Positions 20,901-27,655 of a stretch of DNA of 62,851 nucleotides are shown here, piece by piece. The notes under the pieces are model-generated. The model saw only the letters and a program-made list of their open reading frames with translations. It ran no database searches and was not told the origin of the DNA. The position numbers and the translations under genes are program-made. Location of the stretch: positions 1 through 62,851 of the forward strand of contig JAFXIQ010000001.1 in NCBI GenBank assembly GCA_017533005.1, read 5' to 3'. Each line of letters starts with the position of its first letter. Position 1 is the first letter of the stretch. This DNA is from Clostridia bacterium. Lineage in GTDB: Bacteria; Bacillota; Clostridia; Christensenellales; DTU072.

Positions 20901-23900
20901 TCTAGATAATAGTTATCGTTAGAAAGTGATAACGCTTTCGTCTTATACTCGCCAACGGTCGTTGCCGACGTTAATGACAATACAACACTTACTTCGTCTC
21001 TAATTACGTTACCATCGGAGTCTTCTTTTGGCGTTCCGTCATAATCATATTCGCAAGCTCTTTGTTCTTCCGGTACGATTGCAGATACTACGTAAGCATC
21101 ACCTTTATATTCCTCTCCGTCAGGTAAATCTACGTAAGAAATGCTTACGCTCTTTCTAGAAATCACATAAACATATTCTTCTGCTAGCGAGAACGTGTAG
21201 CTATTATTTTTAGAAGCAACGTTAACAGGATAGCTACCGTGATTCTTTGAGCCATTCGTAAATGTAAAGTTAATTGCTTCCTTGATATCATTTGCTATAG
21301 TACCACTGATACTCTTGTCATTGCTGTCGTATAAGGTATAGCTAGCAATTTGTGGTTCTTTGCCATCGTAGTATTTTCCTAACGCGTCTTCTGCTACACT
21401 AATAACAACGTGCTTGCTTACAATATCAAACCTTGCTGATACGAAGTTGATTGCAAAATATTCGCAATTCAAATCGCCTATAACGATTTTATATGAACCT
21501 ACTTCTTCACCTATATCTCTCTTTAGTCCACCACTAAATGCTATAGGTTCGGCAAATGCTGTATTAAGAATTTCTTCCGTAAGTTCGCTATAACCGAGTT
21601 TAACTGCGATTTCTTCACTAACGGTTACGACGTACTCAAGAGCGGGGTCGCCGATTGTGCCGTCTTCATTGGCGATTTCGCCATATTCTTTGCTAGTTGC
21701 AATTGCAGTAACTGTAACAGGCATCTTATTAACGGTTAAAGTACCACTAGTAGTTGTTACGTTGTAATTCTTAACGACTGCTAACTCTTCTTCCGTCAAT
21801 ACACTTCCTTTATATTCAACTGAAAGTGTATATTCACCCGGGCGGGAAACGTCCTCGGCATGAGTTATAACGTATGCTCTCTTGAATATTTCTTCGCTAT
21901 CGCCTCTAGCAAATACGTTATTCGTGTTTGCTACGTCGTCGATTTCACGATAGAACGTAATATTCATTACGGGGATATCGTCAACCAACGTTACCATACT
22001 GGTACTGTTAGCTCTAACCTTGATGTTTCTTGGTGTGATTTCCATATATTTAGCATCAGCACCTTCTTCATTTACGAAGATGATTTCGTAGTTATTGTTC
22101 TTCAAAGTGCCTTTTGTTATTAGGTACTTACCAACGTTATTATTGTCTGCGTCTTCGCGATACAATACTCCTTCAAATTCATCATCGTTAACGATTCCAC
22201 TATCTGCTACACCGTCTACAGCCGTTGTAGTATATCCAATTCTCGGCATACCTTCGCCGTATTCATAGCTTGCGCTAATAGGTATAACGTTGACTTTACG
22301 CTTTACAACTTCAAACGTTGCATTTTCGTAAGTTATTTCGTAGTTCGGGCTATCGATAGGCGTTCTAACGTTGACGTAGTAAGTCGATACGTTAGTTAGA
22401 TTGTTGATAGCGACTTCTTCACCACTACCGTTTAGGAATACGATATCGAACATGTTAAGTTCAATTCTTTCTGAACCGTAAACCAAATAACAAATGCTAT
22501 TATATTCAACAGGTGATGCGTTAAAGTTCGGAGAAGTAAAGCTATCGCCAGTGACAAATAGCGTTGTGGGGTCTTCTAGAACTTCTGCATCCTTACTGCT
22601 CTTGAGTACAAGACGTATTTCTGGATTGTTAGTGCCATATATCTTGCTCATTGGTTCAAAGCTGATATAAAGTGCTTTTTTATTAATAACAATCTTTTGG
22701 CTATCATCCGTGTATTCGTTATGGATAGCGTCGCCTGGATAATATACTACTATGTAATACGTACCAGCCATTGTCGGGAATGCAGTATATTCGTCGTCAA
22801 ATCTAGCAACGCCCAATTCTTCCCATACGCTCGCAGGAACGTATTTAACTTTGTAGTTGTCTTTAGCAACCGTTAGCTCTCTTTCTTCTGAATTGAACGT
22901 ATTATAGCCCTTCAAATCAAGAATGGGAGCTTCTCCTTCGCCGTAAGTAAACTCGTACTTATTGCCAGCATTGAAAATGGTTTCTACGTACTTACGGTCG
23001 TGTATGATAACGTTGTAGCCAGTCGTAAACGGCTTTTCATCGAACATATATGTAACCGTTATACGTTGAGATTTATTATATCCCGAGAACTCTTGGCTAT
23101 TGAAGTTGATAGTATTGATGTTGAAAGTAGACGAAGAACTATTTTCTGTCGCATCTGCTAGTTGTTTAACTTCGGTCTTGCCGTTATCGTAAGTTAGAAC
23201 AATAGAGCCCTTCAAAAGTTGTCCGTCGGGACGGAAGGCTTCTCCCTCTATGTAATCAATCTTTGGAACTTCGTTAATTTCTATCTTGATAAGTTGTGGT
23301 GCTGAAACCGTAATATCAACTTGACAGCTCTTGGTAATTCCATCGAGAGTGTATACGATAGTAACAGGATACGTTCCAGTAACGGCGGTTTCTTTGTCGT
23401 AGCCGTTAGGATTCTTGCCTGCATCATAATTGATATAATCAAGACTCATAGGAATAATCGTAGGAGCACCTGATTCGTATACCAAACGCAATTTAGCATT
23501 GCCTAGACGTACGTCTGCACCTTGAATTGCAGTTAGTGCAGGGCTATCTTCCGTCAATGAAATGCTAGCGAGTTTTCTTTCGGAAATATACGTAACGATA
23601 GTAACGTAAGCATCTCCGTAATAAAGTTTAACGTATTGAACTGTGCGTGCTTCTTTACTATAGTCGACAACCGACATATCTCTATAAATAGTATTGAGAG
23701 CAACGGTTTCGCTAACGTCGTTATCATAAGTAATCGTTACGAACGTATTATCGATAAGCGACATCATGGGATATTCGCCTACCTTTCTCGTGGTTATGCT
23801 CGCTAAATCGAATTCCGTACCAGCAGGGATTTCGGTAGAAGGCATAGTACCGTTTTCCCAATAAATTTCTTCATGTCTTTCACCGTAATTTGTATTCCAA

Positions 23901-26374
23901 ACCATGCTCTTTACAGCAGAGTCTATAACGGTTACTTTGAAAGTATCTTCATAGTATTCGCCTTGATAATTATATGAAACACGAATGGTTTGTTCGCCAA
24001 CTTTACCAGAATCGAAGCCAGAAGTTGCTAATCTACCACTATCAAGTTCTGCTTCTACATCAAGCGTTGTAGAAGTATCGTTGTCATAAACAAGGCTAAC
24101 CTTCATGCCTGCCGTATCAAGTGGCGTTGTGCCGTTAGCGGTATAAACGTAATTTACTTTCGTAGGAGCTGAAACTATTCTAATACCAACTACGCTACGA
24201 TTTACAACCGTAACCGAAGATGGTAGCGTGTATTCAGCGTTTTCTCTAGACGGATAGTAAACGGTTACGCTTCTCTCGCCTAAAGTAGTGTTCGTTTTTT
24301 GATAATCAAGTTGTGCACTTGTGAGCGCGAAGTATTCCGTGTAGTTTTCTTCTTTATTATTGATATCTTTACCTTCGAAAGTTAACAATAGGAAGTAGTC
24401 TTCTAGGTTAATTTCGCTACCTGCTACTACTTGTCCGAAGTAACCTTGTTCAATGTAAAGGTCTTTTTCGCCAGTCAATGGGTTTTCTATACGTTGATAG
24501 ATAGGTCCAATAGCAATAAGTTCGTTAGTTACGTTAACCGTAATTTCTAATGCGCCTTCGCAACCTTTGTTGAGTAGATATACAGTTTGTTCGCCTACTT
24601 TCGTGAAAACGTCTTCTACTTCGAACGTCCATTCGTTAGCAAAATTAGCATCGGTTGCTTTAACGGTTTGTGATGAGTATGAACCATCGTAATTGACTTC
24701 TATAATAAGGTCGGTTGGGTCGAATGCTTCGTGTAGAACGTATTGCGTCTTAGGAGCTTGCGTCAACGTAATGTTGTTAATCTTCTTAACTACGGTTGCA
24801 TAGAAATCAGCTAAAAAGCTATCTTCGTATTCATCGCTGTAGTCAACAGTAACAACCTTCAAACCAACGCTAGTATTGTCAAACGTAATCATGCTCTTTT
24901 CGAGCGCAACGCCTGTTACAGTCTCTCCGTTATTGTACGTAACGTCCATAGTTATACCATCGATAACAACGTCTCCACCTAAATATGCGATAACGTCTTC
25001 CGCACCTACGAATTCAATATTGGTAACTTCTAGAGCTTCTACTTCAAAATCAAAGTAAACGTCGATTGCACTACTATATACGATATGCCACGTTTGATTG
25101 CCGACTTCCGCATATGAATTAACGGCAGTCGAATTGCCCCAATCAATCATTGAAGAATTAAAGTCGAATTCTTCCGAACGATTGCCGTTATTGTAAATTA
25201 AAACATATTTCCAATTGAGGTCAGGGTTAATAGCTGTATCTTGATAAACGGTTGCTTTTTTAACGATTTCGATTCCAACAGCTTCTTCTTGAATAATCTT
25301 AATCGCAATTTCCCCTCTCTTTGCAAGCTCAACGCCACCGTATGAGAATACTAGCGTTGCAGTTTGGTAGAGTTCGCTAGCGTTAGTCTTATCGTAACCT
25401 TCTACGCGAATTTGTTCGCTTGGCAAGGTAATCGTTTCGCTCTCACCATTGTTGTATATAACCTTTACGACGGTTCCCGTCATATCAAGTTCTAGATTTT
25501 GTATTTGTTCTTGTGGTGCTACTAAAATCTCATATTCTTCAACGTCTCTTATCTTAACGTCTACAGAGAAACGCGTGGTTTTGTAGCCGTAGGTTATTGT
25601 AACGAAACAGTTGCTATTGACTTTTGTAAAGTCATACGTAGCTTCTAGCCCGTCGATTGCTTCACCGTAAGCATCCGTCATTGCAACTTTTTCCGAATAA
25701 CCACTATCGTAACGAACGAATAGTACGCCACCAACAAGGTCGATGGTGTCGCCTAGATAATAGATATTCTTTGTGGGAAGAGTGTCGATTTCTATACCGC
25801 TGATTTCTCTCTTAACAACGTTAACTCTGAAGGTGTGGACGTATTCTTCACCGTTGATATCGCAAGTGATATAAACGTCTTGTTCGCCTATTAGATTCTT
25901 GTCGTAACCGGAAATCATATCTTCCGTAATGCTGATTTTTTCCGTAACGTTGTTAGCGTAAACAACTGTTAAGTATGCGCCTGTTAAGTTGAGGTTTTGA
26001 CCTTCGATGTAGTCGGTTTGACCTTCGGGTATGAAAGGAACTACGGATACAACCGCCTCTTTTTGGACAGTTACGACAAAAGTAGTACTACTTCCTTCGT
26101 AATAAATCTTCAAATATTGCTTGCCGATAGTGTTGGGATTGAATCCTGAAATCATATCGGGAGTAATTTGAACGACTTCTTCGCTACCATCATTGTAAAC
26201 AACTCTGATGCTAGCGTTAGAAATATCCAAAGCTTCACCTTCTGTATAAACAGCTTTTGGCGCCGAATAAAGTTCAATATAGTCGATAACGGAGTCTTCG
26301 CCACAGGCAAATAAAGCGAGTGATGCCGATACAACTACAACTGCGAGTAAAATAATCAAGAGTTTTCTATTCAT
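14921..26374 (-). CDS. giant (3817 aa) cell-surface lipoprotein/adhesin: Ig-like repeat array + YDG/MBG(YGX)-type repeat array + non-repetitive C-terminal region
   Basis: One uninterrupted ORF. I prefer ATG 26374 (AGAGGTG SD; MNRKLLIILLAVVVVSASLALFAC-GED lipobox) to the track start 26401. Track aa ~37-1135 (nt ~22996-26293) holds about 13-14 divergent ~80-aa modules with a recurring P.K..Y.EGE.LD..G..L.V.Y.DGS.E.V.IT.DMISGYD....G.Q.V.I.Y......F.V.V pattern (Big_3/Big_4-like). Nt ~17750-22995 holds modules with K.YDG and K.YG..P...Y motifs (YDG / MBG-YGX type). The last ~940 aa is non-repetitive. No LPXTG and no C-terminal TM segment. Confidence 0.85.
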   Translation of the reverse strand: MNRKLLIILLAVVVVSASLALFACGEDSVIDYIELYSAPKAVYTEGEALDISNASIRVVYNDGSEEVVQITPDMISGFNPNTIGKQYLKIYYEGSSTTFVVTVQKEAVVSVVPFIPEGQTDYIEGQNLNLTGAYLTVVYANNVTEKISITEDMISGYDKNLIGEQDVYITCDINGEEYVHTFRVNVVKREISGIEIDTLPTKNIYYLGDTIDLVGGVLFVRYDSGYSEKVAMTDAYGEAIDGLEATYDFTKVNSNCFVTITYGYKTTRFSVDVKIRDVEEYEILVAPQEQIQNLELDMTGTVVKVIYNNGESETITLPSEQIRVEGYDKTNASELYQTATLVFSYGGVELAKRGEIAIKIIQEEAVGIEIVKKATVYQDTAINPDLNWKYVLIYNNGNRSEEFDFNSSMIDWGNSTAVNSYAEVGNQTWHIVYSSAIDVYFDFEVEALEVTNIEFVGAEDVIAYLGGDVVIDGITMDVTYNNGETVTGVALEKSMITFDNTSVGLKVVTVDYSDEYEDSFLADFYATVVKKINNITLTQAPKTQYVLHEAFDPTDLIIEVNYDGSYSSQTVKATDANFANEWTFEVEDVFTKVGEQTVYLLNKGCEGALEITVNVTNELIAIGPIYQRIENPLTGEKDLYIEQGYFGQVVAGSEINLEDYFLLLTFEGKDINNKEENYTEYFALTSAQLDYQKTNTTLGERSVTVYYPSRENAEYTLPSSVTVVNRSVVGIRIVSAPTKVNYVYTANGTTPLDTAGMKVSLVYDNDTSTTLDVEAELDSGRLATSGFDSGKVGEQTIRVSYNYQGEYYEDTFKVTVIDSAVKSMVWNTNYGERHEEIYWENGTMPSTEIPAGTEFDLASITTRKVGEYPMMSLIDNTFVTITYDNDVSETVALNTIYRDMSVVDYSKEARTVQYVKLYYGDAYVTIVTYISERKLASISLTEDSPALTAIQGADVRLGNAKLRLVYESGAPTIIPMSLDYINYDAGKNPNGYDKETAVTGTYPVTIVYTLDGITKSCQVDITVSAPQLIKIEINEVPKIDYIEGEAFRPDGQLLKGSIVLTYDNGKTEVKQLADATENSSSSTFNINTINFNSQEFSGYNKSQRITVTYMFDEKPFTTGYNVIIHDRKYVETIFNAGNKYEFTYGEGEAPILDLKGYNTFNSEERELTVAKDNYKVKYVPASVWEELGVARFDDEYTAFPTMAGTYYIVVYYPGDAIHNEYTDDSQKIVINKKALYISFEPMSKIYGTNNPEIRLVLKSSKDAEVLEDPTTLFVTGDSFTSPNFNASPVEYNSICYLVYGSERIELNMFDIVFLNGSGEEVAINNLTNVSTYYVNVRTPIDSPNYEITYENATFEVVKRKVNVIPISASYEYGEGMPRIGYTTTAVDGVADSGIVNDDEFEGVLYREDADNNNVGKYLITKGTLKNNNYEIIFVNEEGADAKYMEITPRNIKVRANSTSMVTLVDDIPVMNITFYREIDDVANTNNVFARGDSEEIFKRAYVITHAEDVSRPGEYTLSVEYKGSVLTEEELAVVKNYNVTTTSGTLTVNKMPVTVTAIATSKEYGEIANEDGTIGDPALEYVVTVSEEIAVKLGYSELTEEILNTAFAEPIAFSGGLKRDIGEEVGSYKIVIGDLNCEYFAINFVSARFDIVSKHVVISVAEDALGKYYDGKEPQIASYTLYDSNDKSISGTIANDIKEAINFTFTNGSKNHGSYPVNVASKNNSYTFSLAEEYVYVISRKSVSISYVDLPDGEEYKGDAYVVSAIVPEEQRACEYDYDGTPKEDSDGNVIRDEVSVVLSLTSATTVGEYKTKALSLSNDNYYLEEANNQEVTFNIIPRKIYINLNTDATLVFEKEYDGFEAQIYANDCILKVNGEVVTNTVFGEPIPAFALSVGNSASAPSEVLYDENGAINAYSINIKENSSDKNFEFVLADEYKYRIIPKTVTVSIPSNELSKEYDGQQPRINAYTISETDANVSSQSLIFSFTRETASDGKDNTAVGRYGVTLTCRDLNYAVYLSDTYIYEITKSTVAFSVLTASKTRVYNGQNASLTYNDINFPRAFSGDKPYVRNFMYGTGNSNFLEFQSKLETITNLVATAKSDVTNVDSKDIASQQLALETAIESVENAYYAIQNHDNGYDKVITEENFSNLENSLSNAYNRLRNAVSELTNSVQNAVSEYLTAKSAIDNAFRIIERENSYLAFIFGTEGTTSAKDKGSYIMQSVVSDYNRDFTITGFNVDSNRTYTITAKTLSVKVEDIEVTYGDYNSTSPEPDINYSLVDPMTGLDYFIDEATGIRTYFIYDAGAIGNPKRSEPTNFNAGEYNILIGDVAIENTNYDLSITISAKYTIKQALLTIMLNDMGYADTKVYYGDAVGVADIGNSGYQYIEPNLDYTEKIGKLAGIEAGDSEVVKLEKLRAAFGGLRNGENFADVIKTDLIKYLFYVSEEDKTSLLGEIVGVGEYVISATDIYTHKQPGAQIENYVVKIIPGSIKISRRPLTIKYQDSNRWIYKTYGDSTVDLEFEGNIDDNLEKLMVYAINSTTGELTPTGYTLGNFDFLSKKPEHSIANSRARDPLTAFTGATLPVYLDASGYCLENYDFSINNETEYSLYINKANLTLNVLAMNGTNRLSTIYGEAPEYKLVYNGLKNEETAEELGLDIGGAYAHVIDFRVMAGSYSIGTEAVGNVISVNFISEPQNYIVDFVQTTEVEVAKRTVYVYIDGSRYSDGKLPAMYDSNSPNGVDIFPYIVQINYEKVTEGQEEILKARSAEITSGAYSYLDFRLCLADGSEGIVTAPGYDDKLEEMFRKYASMTEAAFGPTDTTGMTRTIIGAYDKTYVHDLVVNISTHTAQLSGMILTDTYKNNYDLKYKAMPINLYSHITALNVDASQYLIYGQDDARDVIKMSGIDELLQEHEFTMSSPYITKTAQNIPTSANQNGYIKVRLDKSYVIYAQDPNFVAVHEGFTARFGSTFSSNAVVTNKSIGEKTIVVRYYNGSKQTIETVSPTFTDSLGNGIKYRDALEEGVYTAGDAIYDRINLTARFKVGDYASAYNFKLLINGTFEKGMWIEFNNSNNNYVSIAYNYSGTIKYVQYKLPANNLFDGNAHNIKVYLEKRAGTVRIAVDNKSGAIQSVSGVVDVISDIVENSSVAFETTNVTMYLRKFAYATQGYNDNVGTFIRPQVDGENTLVVSVSSGATSATINTTDMFDSAVPTLENYVIKYYVNNGSEPTVVKYGDTAARLTLEEGKNAVVALLYEVNGETETLLAKDVRYVKVSYAPAEVLIIKDNDTFELSGNNVLRLFEKDENVVSEDVGSYDGSAINYELKAIDANDDFMPITALEVTTKIERTKLYHSQSGQTVYELQNSERQYPISISMFNTASWGDVTQIGSSGRGISLKITRTQSESSYSFATDLVAVNKYVLSGNTVSQTGVYRFSQSINYDDGATYTFGIYADRIGNASGNVDDMGALSGNVGIKVIIYRNGTPIADEYIDNNTEMKLGTSYSEAANTTKVDVRAIIENALKSGVNTHTSIYGFAHKLTLYNVVANPTPEFDNDYLIDGNYVMRNEVDGNVIGDTANTSVVAQSDARNNTLFSSYNNMLVKFKLNDKATQDASYEIDLKSIYSRLEADNKRGVKLVATNDKLVFVFYDGENAYLAQEIDVSAFANGMLEKDKLYTITASFDGARRTTSSNLVREGVSLTAFSESEGFILSYGAVTITISDGINSTTSECYFPYFNSGYGWYTDIYSDAANGGEGGYIVDTASINYMKETNVRTVSQFVTNYSYSAITLNGDEITLYNYDTARGNLIEDQTLSTDSLVPAL

Positions 26375-26385
26375 ATACACCTCTA

Positions 26386-26527
26386 ATACACGCGCACACA
26401 TACCCTAGCGCGTGCGTTGTAGATATTATAACGCGCGTGCGCGTATAATGCAATAGTCTAACGCGATTTATCTCGCGTGCGCGCGCATTATTTACTATAA
26501 AAATACTCGGGGGCGCGTGCGTGCGCG
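26386..26527. repeat. cluster of five CG-rich strictly alternating purine-pyrimidine tracts (CGCGTGCG core x4 in direct orientation)
   Basis: Tracts at 26386-26403, 26408-26417, 26431-26447, 26474-26488 and 26513-26527. CGCGTGCG starts at 26409, 26434, 26474 and 26514 (spacing 25/40/40 bp). The surrounding intergenic DNA is AT-rich. Confidence 0.85.
26425..26453 (-). promoter_or_regulatory. sigma70-like promoter of the giant lipoprotein gene
   Basis: On the - strand: TTGCAT (26453-26448), 17-nt spacer, TATAAT (26430-26425). The predicted 5' UTR is about 44 nt. The whole spacer is the alternating tract ACGCGCGTGCGCGTATA. Confidence 0.5.
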
Positions 26528-26555
26528 AGAAAAAAGCTATCCTACTATTACCACC

Positions 26556-26586
26556 AAAAAAAATCTCAACGCCTATGCGTTGAGAT
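26556..26586 (-). terminator. rho-independent terminator after ORF 26621-27121
   Basis: On the - strand: TCTCAACGC-ATAG-GCGTTGAGA (9-bp stem) followed by T8. Confidence 0.75.
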
Positions 26587-26620
26587 TTCTTACGTTAAAT
26601 TGTATTCAATTATAAGTAAA

Positions 26621-27121
26621 CTATGCCTTTAAGTTAGGATATTTAGCTTGAATATAAGCGTGTCTTTCGGGGAGTTCGGTTATGATTCCGAGTTTCTTTA
26701 GTCCTGCTGCGATAGAGCAATTTTGCATGTAGCAAATTTCGTTAACAACGTCAGCTAGCAAATCGTCATTGGGGAATCTCAATCCCATCATACCAAGGAT
26801 ATAATCGAAAGCATAGCCCTTCCAGTTGTTTATCATGTAAATGGTATCGACGAGAAGTTCACGTGCATCTTCTCTCGTTTCGAAACTAACGCCTAAATTG
26901 TTCAATGCTGAATCGTATTTCAAATTCAAATTAACAACAAGTTCTACTACGACTTTGAGGAGCATTTCGTAGCGATTCTTCTTGCCTAAGCCTATCTTCT
27001 TAACGATATAATCAAACTTGAAGTTGCCTCTTTCGCTAACTTCTGCAATTATGCGATGCATTACGTCGTTAGGAATCGCTCTAACGTTTTTTACTTTATA
27101 ATCAGCTAGAACGCAATCCAT
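26621..27121 (-). CDS. hypothetical protein; C-terminal part of a TAG-interrupted Y1-transposase-like gene, with two ~55-aa internal repeats (possible HTH modules)
   Basis: 166-aa ORF with no usable SD before ATG 27121. It is in the same frame as ORF 27221-27556, and the 99 nt between them are also open. Internal duplication: FKFDYIVKKIGLGKK...LKYDSALNNLGVS versus YAFDYILGMMGLRFP...QNCSIAAGLKKLGII. Confidence 0.55.
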   Translation of the reverse strand: MDCVLADYKVKNVRAIPNDVMHRIIAEVSERGNFKFDYIVKKIGLGKKNRYEMLLKVVVELVVNLNLKYDSALNNLGVSFETREDARELLVDTIYMINNWKGYAFDYILGMMGLRFPNDDLLADVVNEICYMQNCSIAAGLKKLGIITELPERHAYIQAKYPNLKA

Positions 27122-27220
27122 AACGTCGTTAAATTTAGCTCTTTTCGTTATGAAATTGAGCTCTTTCGGAAGTTGTCCGTCTACAGTTAGAATATTAGCG
27201 TATTGTTCGACGTTTTCTTT

Positions 27221-27556
27221 CTAGACACTCTTGATTTTTATGCCCTTTCTCAATACTGCGCCTGCAACTGAGTTAACTTCGCTAAAGTATTGGCAGAATG
27301 CCTCAGCAACGCTCTCAAAGAAAGATTTACAACTGCCGGGGGCTTGGTCGTAACTATCAACAATTACGCGAGCCGTGTTAGCAGAAATACTAAATGCTCT
27401 AACCTTTATGGGGGAATTAGCTTCTGCTTGTTGCATGCAACTTACATAATATTGCTTTGCAACGTCAGATGCAAAGACTTGTAATCCCTTTTTACCTTCT
27501 ACTTCTACGTAAAAATGTACTGCCGTAGTAGTATTATTTGCTTTAACTTTTGACAT
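27221..27556 (-). CDS. hypothetical protein; N-terminal part resembling a degenerate Y1/HUH (IS200/RayT, COG1943-like) transposase domain
   Basis: Strong SD GAGGAGG 8 nt before the ATG. The pattern VHFYVEV..., ...DVAKQYYVSCMQQAE...VRAFSISANTARVIVD..., ...AEAFCQYF...G...K matches my recollection of the COG1943 layout (YHV..RG; AYCLM.NHVHLL; Y.RYFN...G..W.GR). The HUH histidines are replaced (NTARVI) and no Tyr sits at the catalytic position. Ends at TAG 27223-27221. Confidence 0.5.
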   Translation of the reverse strand: MSKVKANNTTTAVHFYVEVEGKKGLQVFASDVAKQYYVSCMQQAEANSPIKVRAFSISANTARVIVDSYDQAPGSCKSFFESVAEAFCQYFSEVNSVAGAVLRKGIKIKSV

Positions 27557-27588
27557 AGTTTTGTCCTCCTCAAAAAAACTATTTATCC

Positions 27589-27620
27589 GACGTTATCGCG
27601 CGTTTTTGCGCGATAACGCC
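27589..27620. repeat. GC-cored palindrome (11-bp perfect stem) between the GPH transporter gene and the Y1-like gene
   Basis: CGTTATCGCGC-GTTTTT-GCGCGATAACG (27591-27618). On the - strand a T7 run lies 11 nt downstream, so it is at best an atypical terminator for the upstream operon. Confidence 0.6.
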
Positions 27621-27655
27621 CTATTACAATCTAAATTAATTCTCTCTGCAGTTAA

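Noticed and set aside
26386-26527. CRISPR array interpretation of the repeated CG-rich tracts
   Set aside because: The units are only 10-18 nt, vary in length and sequence, and are spaced 25-40 bp. There are no cas genes, so this is not CRISPR-like.
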